From Ptychodera flava (lineage: Eukaryota): a stretch of 64,000 bases of DNA. The notes beneath the pieces are model-generated. The model worked only from the letters and a program-made list of their open reading frames with translations, searched no databases and was not told the DNA's origin. The translations under genes and the position numbers were made by a program. This document shows, one piece after another, positions 1 to 13,275 of this stretch. Positions within the stretch are counted from its first letter, which is position 1. Every line of letters starts with the position of its first letter. The stretch covers positions 2,580,078 to 2,644,077 of the forward strand of contig NW_027248355.1 of NCBI RefSeq assembly GCF_041260155.1, given 5' to 3'.

Positions 1-700
1 TATTTCAATAACCAATATTCATTTTCGAAAGACATATGTCCTCCTTACCTCGGGATCATTTGGGTATTTCTTGTAGGCAAGCCCAAAAAAAATAGATTGA
101 TAAGGGATGTCTTTTTCCTGGACCCCAAAACGTTGCAGTGCCTCTCTGTATGCGCTCATAGTAATCCTGCTGGTATTTGCAAAGCAGTCAGGCTTGGTTG
201 GATCACCAGTTGTAAAGTACAAGTTCTGATATTTCTCCGAGGACATCAACTCATACGCCGAACGTAAGACAGCTTTTGTTTGTTCTTTATCCGACAATAT
301 GTCCTCTATGGTCACCATTTTATAATCTGCAGATCTGTTCATACAAGTAGCTTAAGCAGATATAAGCCTGCTATACCGACAATTACGATAGCCTGCAGTC
401 GGACCTAATCTCCGTGCAGAGATCAAAGCGAGGCGTGGACAATAATAACCTAGCTAGGAAGTCTGAACGATGGCTGTACCCGCACAGTAGGCGATGACGT
501 AAGGGACGCTCTAGCAAGATTAGAATTATCCACGCCACTACATATCTCTGTGTGGTGATTGTAGTAGGACCCGGGAAAATTGCAATTTGAAAGACCCTCG
601 GATTCTTGTTGGAACTTTGCCTATGAGACTTTAATTGCAAACAATATGTATATGCCACGTGAACACGGCTGCAACATTTAGGGGCCGTTGATAATTAAAA
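1..700. repeat. Copy a (part 1) of a dispersed/segmental duplication; its paralog is at 14480-15170 with roughly 93-95% identity
   Basis: Direct comparison shows near-identical strings in both places, for example the stretch gtcctctatggtcaccattttataatctgcagatctgttcatacaagtagcttaag. The embedded minus-strand ORF is also conserved. Confidence 0.8.
49..342 (-). CDS. Apparent first coding exon of an unknown protein (MNRSADYKMVTIEDILSDKEQTKAVLRSAYELMSSEKYQNLYFTTGDPTKPDCFANTSRITMSAYREALQRFGVQEKDIPYQSIFFGLAYKKYPNDPE), ending at a donor GAG|GTAAGG; downstream exons lie outside the window
   Basis: ATG at 342-340, 98 codons with no stop, and a consensus 5' splice donor at 48-47. The same exon and donor are conserved in the paralogous copy at 14508-14801. 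I do not recognise the product. Confidence 0.4.
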
Positions 701-1329
701 CACGCGCACGGTAAACGAAACTCCCGTGTTTAGGGGCGGAAGGGACTTGGCTGCATTTTGATTACCGTGCGCAAAAATCGCGCTACAAGTTTTCATATCG
801 CAACATCTCGCTACACGTTTTTATGTACCGCAAAATATCTTGCTATACTGTTTGGCGTGTACCAGGGCAGTACAGCACACAGGCGTTATGTGGAGTGGGT
901 AGTTTTCAAAGTGTAGTTTGTGCTACGCTCCAACGTTCTGTTCTGTAGCATGTGTTCTATGATATAAACTCCACCTATATTTTCATAAACAACTGACCTG
1001 GCCGCATAAAAGTTCAATTACGGTACGGGGCATAGCGAGCAATACATTAATTCGTTTATAATAATAAGTAACTATTATACCTTAAACTGTGGAGGTAACC
1101 TCCATGATTAAATATTTTACAACACTGGATTGAACTTTGCACATGTTTACCGATTACCACATAAGGCCCGCTCAAGAAGTTAAGATTAGAAATTTTTTTC
1201 TGTCTGAAGATGCACAGTATTTATTAATGATTAGTAATATTTATATATAATCCCTTGAAATTTTTCTCTGTTTGACGTGATCGTATACGACCGTTTTTTA
1301 GCGGAGCCACATCTATTGCAAAATCCGAG

Positions 1330-2700
1330 GTTCTATTAAATTATTACAGCTAATAAATATAGTACGAACTAGGCTAGTTTAATGGACTGGGACTGCGACC
1401 TTGATCACTTGACCACTCTGTAATTGGGGTCTATAAATAGTGAATGGTGAGCTAATCGGCGTGGTGACTTCATCAAAGGATTAAATCAGTCGGTCAACAT
1501 CTCATGATATACTAATGACGTCACGAAAGACACGTCATCAGCGAATGACTATGCTGGCATCGATATCACTGTTGTGCGGTTTATCAATTTTCCTGCATAA
1601 TTTTGTAAACGTGGAATTCTCCACATCTTTCACGAAAAATTGTGATATCCAATCATTTTTAAATCCGATTTGTCAAGGTGAAAGTAGTTCCAGGTCAGTT
1701 TCAGTCAAGTGATGTCCAATAGTATGCAGCCTGCGAAGTCATCAAAAATGTTTGTGCGAAAATATGATACTTAACATGACGGGATGCTTGCATCTAAAAA
1801 ACAGTGCACTTTTTTTGGCTCTTTCTGCACTGATAATGTGCAATCTAAAGTAGTTATATCAGATATAATCAGACATTACATAACGCTTAGTCAACAACTT
1901 CAGATACCAACAGCTTGGCCGGTACTACTTTATGCCAAGGTATTGTACAGTGAAGCGGCACAAACTCAGTCTCGTGTAAACCTTGACAACAGTATTATCA
2001 TTTCAGGACATCGGAATTTGTTCCTACTTTTATTAATTTGAACTAACATATGGCTTGTAGTATATTTATAGGTCCTATTCTGTGAAAATTAGGTTACAAA
2101 GTTCAAAGAAGCCTCAAGCGAACGAGTATCTGTATGAGTGAAGTGTGTAAGGCAGAGATGTCTTCCCTGTACACCCACTTAATCGCTATCTCTAATCACA
2201 TATTGCAAACAGCTTACGAGATGGCAAATAACTTTAATTAGGAGCTCCATACCCTTGAAACCCCTATTTCAATGGGTGAATGAGCATTAAATACGCATTG
2301 TTTTTTAGATGGAAACGTCCCCTAATGGATACTTAACAACTAATAGACGACAGTAAAAATTACTTACAGACAAGTAAAACTACAGAAGATCATTCAAGAA
2401 TTTGGTTTGTGGCTTAATCTGAAGCATTTGTGATACAAATTCTAACTCTGAGACGTCATTATTTCATAGAAGAGTGACTTCGTGTTTTTCAGTGCTGTAG
2501 ATTTATAAGAATATAAACCTCTGAAAAAAGCAATAAAAACAGCAATGAAAAACTAAATTTATCGCAGCAAGTGACTGAAAACTAAAGCGTGTTCTATGAG
2601 GAGTGTCCATTTAGTTTTGATCGTGTTTTCCAAAATCAATTCGGTACTATTTAATTCAAATTTAGCATAAAGTGCGTTTACGTCCATATTTTGAAATGTC
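1330..2700. repeat. Copy a (part 2) of the same dispersed duplication; its paralog is at 17545-18350 and includes the conserved plus-strand ORF 1515-1712 / 17726-17953
   Basis: Shared strings include ctaataaatatagta...aatggactggga...cttgatcacttgaccactctg and the 3' part ...gcgtgttctatgaggagtgt.. in both copies. Confidence 0.75.
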
Positions 2701-2739
2701 ACTGTTTCGAAGGAATACCAGTTATAGGCGAGCGGCAGA

Positions 2740-4100
2740 CACACCCATTTTTCACACTTAATGTACCCACCTTACATACGGCCACATCATACATCATTTG
2801 AAAGCTTATTATCTCTACTTTAAGAAAATTGACGATGTGGAGCTGCCAAGTAGGGCCATAACCCCCTAATTTGCATAATTCACATGGGTACCCAATTTGC
2901 ATAAATGTGATATAAAATTAGGAAATTCATTGTTAACTACTCTAAACATACTTTTAAACTATTGAGTGATATATCAAATGAAAGGTATTTGCATGTAGAA
3001 TACAAAATTGATATCCAAAAAGATATTTAAAATGGTTTTACTGAAATATTTTCATATTAATACTGAAAAAAATATTGAACCCTTTTGAATAACAATATCT
3101 TAAATATTTGAACACATTCAGCCACATCATACAGCCACATTATACATCATTTGAAAGCTTACTATCTCTACTTTAAGAAAATAGACAACATTTAGTTGTC
3201 AAGTACGGCCGTAACCCCTAATTTGCATAAGTCCCACGGGTACCCAATTTGCATAAATGCGATTAATATTAGATATTTATTATTCACTACTCGAAAAATA
3301 CTTTTAAACTATCGAGTGATATATCAAATGAAAGGTATTTGCATGTAGAATACTAAAAAGACATCCAAAAATATATTTAAATTCATTTTACTGAAATATG
3401 TCATATTTATATTGAAAAGATATTTTCCCCTTTTCAATAACAATATTTAAAAAAAATTAATACAAAAAGCCAAATCTTACATCATCATCATACGTTATTT
3501 AAAAGCTTACTATCTCTACTTCAAGAAAATTGACAATGTGGAGCTGTCAGGTACGGACGTGGCCCTTAATTTGCATAATTTACATGGGTACCTATTGCAC
3601 CCTATTTGCATAAATGCAATATAAAATTAGAAATTTATTAACTACTATAAACATACTTTAAACTATCGAGTGATATATCAAATGAAAGGTATTTGCACGG
3701 AGAATACAAAATGGATATTCAAAGAGATATTAAAATGATTTTACTAAAATTTTTTCGTACTAATGTAGAACAATATACTTTCCCCTTTTTAATAACGATA
3801 TTATAATAATTTTAACACATAGAACCGCATCACACAACCACATCAAACGTTATTTGAAAGCCTATTATCTTTGCTTCATGAAAAAAGACGATATGCAGCT
3901 GACAAATAGGGCTGTAATGATTTAATTTACATAATGCAAACGTGTACCTAATTTTCATGAATACAATATAAAATTACAAAAATCAATTGTAAAGTACTCT
4001 AAACTTACTTTTCAACTATCAAGTGATATATCAAATGATAGGTATTTGCATGTAGAATAGAATCATGAACTCCAAACGTGTATTCAAAATATTTTTTGAA
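2740..4100 (+). repeat. Tandem satellite array, ~360 bp unit, about 3.8 copies
   Basis: Repeated blocks begin near 2750, 3120, 3480 and 3840 (..catttgaaagcttattatctctactttaagaaaattgac..tttgcataaatg..gagtgatatatcaaatgaaaggtatttgcatgtagaatac..). Confidence 0.85.
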
Positions 4101-5049
4101 TATTTTCAATTAAATCGTAAACGTTTTGACTAGTTTATAATATTCAAAATATTGTGTACTAATAACGAATAATGCTAAAGTTTTGGGGATAAATATCTGA
4201 ATTTGTTTTGCAATTGATTTTTTGTTTATTAAGGATACGAAAACTGGAACATTTTCCTGTCTAATTCCCATATAGCTGAACAACAAGAATACATAAAACC
4301 AATTGGAACTAATTTGGGATAATTGGGTCTTCATATTTTGCAAATTTTCTAAAGCGTGTTTTGTGCTCAATAGTTGAGTGTTGAAATATAACAAGTTACT
4401 CTTAAAAACATTACAAGTAAAAAGAAAAGCAGATGAGCTTAAATTTGCAAATTAAACCGACATTACTTCACCATCCAATTATCCCAAATTAGTTCCAATC
4501 TTGTTATAAATAGCTGTGTGTTGAATGACCCTTTTGTATTATTGATGTCATTTTTGTTTCAATTTCTCTAGAAATCTTGTTTGATGGAGACATCATTGGT
4601 TACTACATCTGTGTTACATCTGTATTTTCAGTTCAGTTCTGTGGAATATGTAGACGGAAGGCACCATATTTCATTTATCGTATTTATTGTCATATAATGA
4701 AGGAAAAGCAACTCAACACACCGTTCATATCTTCGTTGTTTGCATTTTGTGTATGATATTGTGTATATTGTAAGTGTATATTATGTTTGGCTGTTTTATA
4801 TAAAGTGTTAATTAGCCATGGCGATTATTCTAGTCGAGAGTAAAACACTAGCACCACTTACAAGTTGGTACCTTATGCTAAAAATACAAGTGAACAAAAT
4901 GACGCCCACGAGGAAAGTTCGTCGGCCGCCCAATTATAAGTTGATGATGCAGTCCAACCTTTCACAGATCAAAATTCATTGACTATTTTCTCAAATAAAT
5001 CGTGAAGAAATAAACAACATACATCAAAGATACGACTGATTTTACACGG

Positions 5050-5760
5050 AAAATTGAGACAATAAAAGTTCCGGCCAATGCGACATTGGTAACACTAGAC
5101 ATTGTTTCAATTTACACTAATACAACGCACAATGAACCAATGGAATCAGTCGACAGAGCATTAAATCAGGAAAGATCATCAAATGATTGCATAATCAAAC
5201 AACCAACAACAAAATACATGATAGCTATGCTGAAAATAATCTTGAAAAACAACACTTTAAGGTCAACAGTGAATTTTACCGTCATGTATTTGGGTGCGGT
5301 ACGAGATCTCCAGTTTCACCAGAAATTCCCGACATTACATTTCACAAGACAAAATGAGAATAATTCAGCAACACACTGAACAAATATCGCTCTGACTGAG
5401 ATTCAGAAACGATGTATGATTCTCATTGGAACTCAACACGAGCTTAATGAATTCATATCAAACATGAAAAAAATGCATCATACTTTCAAATTTTCGAAAG
5501 CTCTTCTCAAGAAATCATATCGTTAGACCTCATTATCTATAAAGGTCATCGGTGGAACAAAGAGGACATTCTCGACTGCAAAACACACACAAAACCAACA
5601 GATACATTGCGGTTCACGAAACCAAACGGCAACATTCAAGGGCCTTGTTAAACGCGAAACATTACGATACATTAGAACAATCATGCAACAACAAGGCAAT
5701 AGAGAATACAAGATATTTTCGAGATAAAAGTAATGAAATGCGATCAAACGATTCTAAATC
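5050..5760 (+). pseudogene. Degenerate reverse-transcriptase fragment, Penelope-like element type (TLDIVSIYTNTTHNEP...; ..LDLIIYKGH....TKPTDTLRFTKPNG), frameshifted and truncated
   Basis: The motifs resemble PLE RT domain 2 (FDVVSLYTNIP) and the C-terminal ...SVYRKPT.T...L.F.S.HP region. It is flanked by ~60 bp inverted repeats at 4775-4835 and 6333-6400. Confidence 0.4.
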
Positions 5761-6879
5761 TTGTTAAATTATTACTAACTTTGGACAATCGGATGACATT
5801 TAAATGTTATTAAATTTTCATTAAATTAATTTCAAATTTCCTTGGAATCGTAAATAGTAAAAGGGAACCAAAACATTTTCAGGTCCCCTATATGCTGATC
5901 AAAATCTCCAAGTACCCCTCTACAATCTCCCAAAATTTTCGATTCCAACCCGAATTCCTCTGCCTCTCACCGTTATTTGTGAGCGTAGCCTAATCACATA
6001 CATAAGAAACGGTAATATAAGCGTTACGATGATGCCAAACTTCACAAAACCTACAACAGTCCGATCTCCGATTCAAATGAGCTTACACAAATACAGCCTG
6101 AACGAACAGTAGACATCCTAGCTTCCGTACTTGAACAAACTGAACTTTCAGTGGAACAACTCGATTGGTAACACCTACAATCATTCAATCAGTGCACATG
6201 TTTCACCAAAAGAAAATGAAGGACTGATGAAGACAACTCAGTACTCTCGAAAGGTAGCATCAAAGGATATCGCAGTGTCACATTAGTCATGCTATCCCAT
6301 AGGGCAGAAACACGTAGATTAGGGTTGCGTCTCGCCATGGCAAATCAACACTATACATAAAACGGCCAAACATAACATAATATACACTTACAATATACAC
6401 ATGTACCGTACACAAAATTCAAACAACTAAGATATGAACGATTTGCGGAGCTGCTTTCTCTTATTACATGTCACCAATTGTGTCTGCTGTCGAATTAATC
6501 TTCCCTGCACAGACCTTTGTTCCTGCCAAGGCAGCGATAACTGTGGCAACCCTTTTACTCATGACAATGCTGGTGAAGAAGAGGATGATGAATTCCTACA
6601 ATTACTAGATTTACTGGAAATGACATGAATGATTTGGATCATAAATCATGCCATTACTTTGACTGTAGCTTACTCTGACACATTGTTTCAGCTACAAAGC
6701 TACATTTCAACAACTTAGTGTCTTTCGTGTGGATCTTTTTGTTGCATTGATACTTAAATTAATTTTTTTAAATACCATTATTAAAAAGAGGAAATATTTA
6801 TTTCGACAGAAATATGAAAATATTTCCGTAAATTAATTCAAATATCACTTTTGATATAAATTTTGTGTTTTACATGCAA

Positions 6880-7810
6880 TTACCATCACCACAGACCATA
6901 TATCACTCGATAGTGTAAAAGTGTGTTTAGAATAGTTAACAATGAATTTTCTAATTTCATATCTCATTTCTGCACATTGCTTACCAGTGTAATTTATGGA
7001 CATAAAGGGGTATGGCCTTCCTTAATAGCTCCACATTGTCAATTTTCTTTAAGTAGAGATAATAAGCTTTCAATGACTTATGATGTGGCTGTATGATAGG
7101 ACTCTATGTGTTAACATTTTCAAAATATTGTTATTCTAAAGGGGAAAATATTTTTTCCATATAAATATGAAAATATTTCAGTGAAATCCATTTCAATATC
7201 TCTTTGAATATTCATTTTGTATTCTACATGTAACTACCTTTCATTTGATATATCACTCAATAGTTTAAACGTATGTTTAGAAAAGTTAACTATAAATTTA
7301 TAATACTATATCGCATTTATGCAAATTGGGTATGCGTGTTTATTATGCAAATTAGGGGGTTATGGCCCGATTTCGTAGCTCCAAATTGTCAATTTTCGTG
7401 AAGTAGAGATAATAAGCTTTCAAATGACGTATGGTGTGGCTGTGTGTTGTTGCTGTATGTGTTCAAATTTTAAAATATTGTTATTCAATACCGGAAAATA
7501 TTGTTTTCCATATAAACATGAAAATATTTCAGTATAATTAATTTCAATATCTCTTTGAATATCCATTTTGTATTTTACATGGAAAGACCTTTCATATGAT
7601 ATATCACTCGATAGTTTAAACGTATCGTTAGAGAAGTTAACAATAAATTTCAAATATTATATCGCATTTATGCAAATTGGGTACCCTTGTTAATTATGCA
7701 AATTAGGAGGTTATGGCCCTACTTGGCAGCTCCACATCGTCAATTTTCTTAAAGTAGAGATAATAAGCTTTCAAATGATGTATGATGTGGCCGTATGTAA
7801 GGTGGGTACA
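6880..7810 (-). repeat. About 2.5 copies of the same ~360 bp satellite in the opposite orientation to 2740-4100
   Basis: Reverse-complement matches are visible (gtattctacatgcaaatacctttcatttgatatatcactc... corresponds to gagtgatatatcaaatgaaaggtatttgcatgtagaatac). Confidence 0.8.
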
Positions 7811-8200
7811 TTAAACTCCTAAAATAAGGCTCTTTTTGTGGATTCGCCGCTCGCCAGTCAAGAGTAGTAACGCTACGCTAGATTAAGAAAAACAGCAAAA
7901 CATTTACTTTGTCGGTAACAGAAGATTTATTCATATGTTTAGAAGATGCAATATCTTAGTCAACTTTGAAAATTCGGAACTTCGCAGTTACCTGATGTGA
8001 TGAAATTCTCTACAATCTAAGGCGGAAAAATTGTAACTTGCATAAGTGTATATTCGTGCCGAATAGAGGTATCAAAATGAAACATTATTTTTCTTCCCGA
8101 TCAGCATAATTATTCTGGTACCTTCCATGTATAAAAGTATGAAGTATGTCTTTTTCATCATCATAGGGCACTGAGATGCTCATCTCAATTCTACATCTTT

Positions 8201-8235
8201 ATGTTCGACATCATCTTGGCGAATTCTGGAGAGTA
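8201..8235 (-). CDS. Calmodulin-like protein gene 1, terminal coding exon (E)FAKMMSNIKM*
   Basis: Acceptor tttcttgtttactctccag| at 8236. The junction codon G+AA gives Glu, restoring EF-hand position 12, followed by a calmodulin-like EFxxMM tail and a TAG at 8201-8203. The identical exon is conserved in gene 2. Confidence 0.55.
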
Positions 8236-8948
8236 AACAAGAAATATTGTACTGTGTTTCAACGCTTGAAATAAATATTCAATGGGCATGGCAGAAGATA
8301 ATTAAGGCCTCCCAGGCTCGGGAAATATTGGAATGAACCAGGACATGTTCAAAGTAGATGTTACACAAATATGTACGAGCGTGAACATTCAAAGATGTTT
8401 ACACCAGACTATTTTGTATAAAGGGTGTTGTTGGGAGAGATTTCTAACATGGGAAAATGCTTCTCTAAAGAGGTGAACTCTCTGATTGTAGCGCTATATA
8501 TCACGTGACATCATATACCAATCATTCTCTGTTTGCGGATATATATTACTCACGTAGGTGGCGACGCCACTCCAAGAAAATTACCCTTTTTTCAAGGGGA
8601 TAGGGTTCTCTGAATGTTTGGCTAGTACGTTTTGACGAAAGGGCAGCACAACTGCTACGCAAGAGTTTTCAAACAACGCATCCTGCAAACTGTACTCTTT
8701 GCTAAACAGTATACATGCATTCACACTGAGAGCTCTCGATTATAAATGTTTATCTTTTAGTTGTGTCTTTCTGAACAAATTATGTCTGTTTCATGATTAT
8801 CATCTTATATTAACTAAAGACAGTGAGCTTGCTAATCTCTTAGAAAACCTCGATAATATCATTTTATATTAAATTCATCCCTAAGGAAAGCACTGTCGTA
8901 TTAAACACATAGTTTAATTGTCAACAGAGTTAACAAAGCAGCACATAC

Positions 8949-9188
8949 CTTCCAATGTTACTTGTCCGTCTTTATCGATATCAGACCTGTTAATCATTTC
9001 TTGGACTTCTTCGTCCGTCATCTTAAAACCAAGTTCAGCCATTGCTTGGCTCATCTCGGAGGCGGTGATGAAACCGTTGCCGTCTTTGTCGAATACGTTG
9101 AAGACTTTGCGGTAGGCTTCGTCTTTGCAGCCACTAAAGCTAAGCGCAGCTCTGGTGAGAAACTCCGGGAATTCGACGGTCCCGCTGC
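8949..9188 (-). CDS. Calmodulin-like protein gene 1, coding exon with EF-hands 3-4 ([79 protein letters not shown])
   Basis: Acceptor ..ggcacag| at 9189 and donor GAAG|GTATGT at 8948. 240 nt, phase 1 at both ends. EF loops [12 protein letters not shown] and [12 protein letters not shown] are completed by the next exon. Confidence 0.65.
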
Positions 9189-10441
9189 CTGTGCCAATGA
9201 AACACAAGAATAATTCTTTTTAAACTCCATAAAATCATATTGAAATGCCAGATTTCCAAATTGACGAGATACTTTAATTGTCAATATTCATTGTAGTCTC
9301 AGACTGTTTGACGAATGGACGTGATTTTGAGTAGAATAGGAAGCTGTTTTTCACAGCGGAAGAGGAAAATGAAAATGTATCTATGTGCAACCCTCATCTT
9401 TATAAGGCAGCATTTCCGGCTTATCGAAGATGTCATGAAAGCCACCTATTACTAAAGTTTTCAAAAACCAGAGAATTTCGTGGGGTGGCAATAGTTTACT
9501 TGAAAAATGAAAGGGTACATACACGGGATGGAAAACCTCAATTTTGGTATAAATAATCAGAATTCAGTCAATATCTTGAAATTCAATGTATCATTTGAAA
9601 CTATACTATATATAGAATTAAGGTATTTTTGTTTCGCATCACCCACTCTCATCAAGACTTGGTTCAACTCTGTGATTTGTAAATGTTTGAGTAGGGTGAA
9701 TGCGATGATTTGTGTTTTGTTTTTATTTGAAACGCGTGATTGGGGTGATAGGAATCAGTCAAATAGGCAGAGACATATGCTAATACATATGTGGGGTGAA
9801 CGCTATACATGGGAGTTTCTCCCGGAATCGCGGTGAAACTGGCAGAAACTAACCCACTACTGCGCAGACTCAAAGGTAACGCGTTCAGTCGCTAGGAAAC
9901 ACTGGCCTGGGCTGCCAAAGTCCAATTAGGTTTGTATGAAATAGGAGAGACACAAGAGAAAAACTTGTACAGATGATTTTATTTTATAGAAATTCAACGA
10001 CTTGAACTTAGTCTAATGTCGCATCTTATATGACAGCGGTTGTAAAAATGTATTTTGGGATTTTCAAAATTTTATCTAGCCACCGTGGAATCCAATTTTA
10101 TTGAGATGTTGAAAAAGGAAGAAATAAGAAGCCAGGTGATTGGGTGATATACCTTAACTTATGTTTACACTTCTTTCTCAGTCAGCTTGCAACTGCTTGT
10201 CATGATAATATATGAACTTAACTTATATTTTAATCTTGGATTAACAAATTTATTAACACTTAACGAATCTTTGCAAAAAAGTGATTTCGTGCAAAATACG
10301 CTGTGTTGCGTTCGACGCCACCTTAAAGTTACAGTTAATGGCGATTATCAATTACAGTTTCTCTAAACAATGTGTATGTATAAAAGACGTTGGAGAACAT
10401 TTGCCAAAGTGATCCGACAACGTTCGTTGTCAAAAACTCAC

Positions 10442-10585
10442 CATCGGCATCCATATCGCCAATCATTGCCTTTATATCGTCTTCTGTCAAATCTGGTCCC
10501 ATATCCTTCAGTACAGCCCACATTTCTGTAACCGTGATTTTCCCATCCCCATCCTTGTCGTAGTGGGCGAACGATTTCTTGATAC
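10442..10585 (-). CDS. Calmodulin-like protein gene 1, coding exon with EF-hands 1-2 (..IKKSFAHYDKDGDGKITVTEMWAVLKDMGPDLTEDDIKAMIGDMDADG)
   Basis: Acceptor ttttatgtcag| at 10586 and donor GATG|GTGAGT at 10441. Canonical EF-hand loops DKDGDGKITVTE and DMDADGSGTVEF (the latter spans the junction). Phase is consistent with the next exon. Confidence 0.65.
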
Positions 10586-10631
10586 CTGACATAAAACATG
10601 TTTTGACAAATCAATAACGTAGCTATATAGA

Positions 10632-10636
<5 letters not shown>

Positions 10637-10694
<58 letters not shown>
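10637..10694. repeat. (CT)n microsatellite upstream of gene 1 exon 2
   Basis: Visible run of ct dinucleotides. Confidence 0.95.
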
Positions 10695-10695
<1 letters not shown>

Positions 10696-13149
10696 CATTT
10701 ACATCTCTCAAGTATAGCTATCCCTTTTCAATTAAAATGGACAATTGAATACCATCAACTTCTTTATATTTTATGTTTGTAAGTCATTTCCAGATGAACG
10801 GATGACGGAAATGTATTTGATTCAAATGTCAGAGGTCAAATATTCTTACTTGTCTGGTCATAAAATTTGTTCAGTATTTCACAATGGCTGTTAATTTGTT
10901 TATGAGTCATGAGTGACATGTTCAGCTTAATTATATATTGGATTCCGTGCCCAGTGTGAGGGCGTTAGGAATTTCCCTTATTCTCAAAGAACACTCAGCA
11001 TAACAATATCAAAGAACGTTGTTACAGTAGTAGTTAGAGATCGATCGTCATATGTTAGGAGTGACAACAAGGTGGAAAGAGATTCGCAGCTATGTCTTTT
11101 GCTGAAAAATAAATTGCAGCCTGATACACTTGCAAAGTAAACCCTTTTGAGCGTTAGGAAAAGGACGACTTTTTGGAGATTTAAAAGTAAGTACGGAAGC
11201 CATTCACATTCCGCAAATATTTGTCGAGCAAAAGTTCGAGGCAAACGATTGTGTCGGTATCCCAGGTGGCTACCGCCATCCTTGATTCAGCCTTAATGCA
11301 TGTGAATACGGTGATTTCTGAGAGTGAAGTTATCGATAACCTTAAGTGACACGACATTGACTGTAATGGTGAGTAGGCCTACTTACGTTCAACGTCTTCG
11401 TCGGCTAGTTTATCAGCCTACAAAAAAATTAAGAAGCGAATATTGTCAACGATCATGAGATCTTTGGGCGGGCGGTAAAGGGGCGGGTTTTCATTCTCTT
11501 TATCTCAACACAAATGGATTACCTTCACACAACTTTCAAAGCAGAACCATGGACTAACATCATGATGCCAATGCCATCAAGTTCTCATACGAGAACACAA
11601 GGGTTAAGGACCGCCGCAGGTTGAATTGCGTATACTCTCGATGGTCCATTATTGTATGAGATACACCGCTGTCCCCCTAATAATTTGAATAAAGTATAGC
11701 ATTTTCCAATGCGTAAATGATTAAGGCATGGAAAAGTACTCACCATCGTTTGCTTCTTCGTCGTTTCAAAACAACAAATAATCAAGTCCGCAAAGGCGGA
11801 AAAACCGGTAATGAGAAGTTAGGGAAGGACGTCCGACTGAAGTTTGTAAAGAGTGCACAAGCAAATTAGGGGCATATTTATGCACTGTATGAATAATTAC
11901 TTATTTTACGACCTGCTTTATTGTTAATTTCATTTGACAGAATAACAGAAATCCTAATGTGTCTATTCAATTTAATAAAATGTCGGAATTTGCATATCAA
12001 TTTGATGTTTCGTGAATTCCATTTGACACGTTAAAAGTAATCTGCGTCCATTGTCATAAAGTAAAGAACGGAATGTGCATGCCCATTCACAAACCCATTA
12101 TCCCTTTCTAAAATAAAAACTGGAATGACAACCATGTTATTTATTTCATGTCGAGTAAGTACAGGGTCAGATAACTACAAAAATGAATATTGATGTTGGG
12201 TAGCTGTAACCTGGAACCGTCGGAACGCCGACCAAGGCAATGCACATGGAACGACAAATGGTTGAGGTCTTTCACTTTCGAGACGCATACTACCTTAAAG
12301 GAGCGGGCATGATATCAGCTTTATCTCTACACTAACTGATTAACAAGGCACAAATTTCAATATAGAAGATAGGATAATTTGTCTATGTCAACAAACACTG
12401 ATGCAAAAACCATGGATTGAGGACCGCCGCTTTCATGACCGTTACTGTAACGTACGCTGTCCAAAAGTCGGTGTTATCCCGTTCTGACACACATACAGAA
12501 AATAACGCAGAGCATGATGTACACAAACTGATGACAGATGTGAGTGATCGTAAAGGATTTAGATACAAAAATAAATTGTTGATTGGTTTGTACACGTAAC
12601 ATGATCATAGGCCAGGGACGTTAATTAACGGCGTCACCAAAAGTCAAAACAAGACTCGTCAGTTAATGCCACCAGATTTTAAAATGTAGATTTAGATGAG
12701 GAATATTTGCCTCGACATTCTGACAATATGTTATCTGAGATTGATCAATACTGTTTCCCTTCTCCTGAACACATACTTTTCACTGACACAAAACTACTTA
12801 TAACACGATTGAAACTAATTTGGGATGATTGAATGGTGAAGTAACGTCAATATAATTTGTAAGTGAAACCTCATCTGCTTTTCTTTTTTAGTTTGATAGA
12901 CACCTGTTTCTATGAGTAATTTGTATGTATTTGTTATGTATTTATGGCATTCATATGTAAATTACCTTGTATTTGTAATTCGTTGACGATTGTTGTGAAA
13001 ATAGCATCGCTCTCAAATAGCGCAAGACTGTATTTCTATAGCAATAATTAGGGCGATTTCCTTCACTAAGAAGATGGCTGTGAACTTTGGGCTTTAGCGT
13101 GTATGCATAGTTATTGTAAAATAAACACAGCATAAGTATATGTCCAAAT

Positions 13150-13208
<59 letters not shown>

Positions 13209-13234
13209 TGTGTGTGTGTGTGTCAGTGAGTGAG

Positions 13235-13273
<39 letters not shown>

Positions 13274-13275
13274 CT
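13150..13275. repeat. Compound microsatellite (AG)n(GT)n(GTT)n
   Basis: Runs of agag.., gtgt.. and gttgtt.. are visible. It lies immediately 3' (minus sense) of the LINE ORF2 fragment, consistent with a CR1-type microsatellite tail. Confidence 0.9.

Larger units (their letters stand above)
7870..12260. repeat. Unit A of a ~4.4 kb tandem segmental duplication that carries a calmodulin-like gene; unit B is 19190-22400 plus 31200-32650
   Basis: Collinear similarity runs along the whole unit (start ...catttactttgt.gataacagaagatttattcatatgtttagaagatgca; exons; end ...gggtcagataactacaa.aatgaatattgatgttgggtagctgt.acctggaacc). Confidence 0.8.

Noticed and set aside
8864-8880. An alternative last exon for calmodulin-like gene 1 (acceptor ccttag|GGATGAATTTAA giving ...LEGMNLI*), with an analogous site in gene 2
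   Set aside because: It leaves Gly at EF-hand position 12 and ends abruptly. The downstream exon AATTCGCCAAGATGATG gives Glu at position 12 and a calmodulin-type EFAKMM tail, is conserved in both genes, and has a better polypyrimidine tract.
8918-9213. Plus-strand ORFs 8918-9115 and 8962-9213
   Set aside because: Antisense to the EF-hand exon (which has clear EF-hand loops on the minus strand).
10438-10711. ORFs encoding (RE)n / poly-ER peptides
   Set aside because: They are translations of the (CT)n microsatellite next to the real EF-hand exon and overlap it out of frame.
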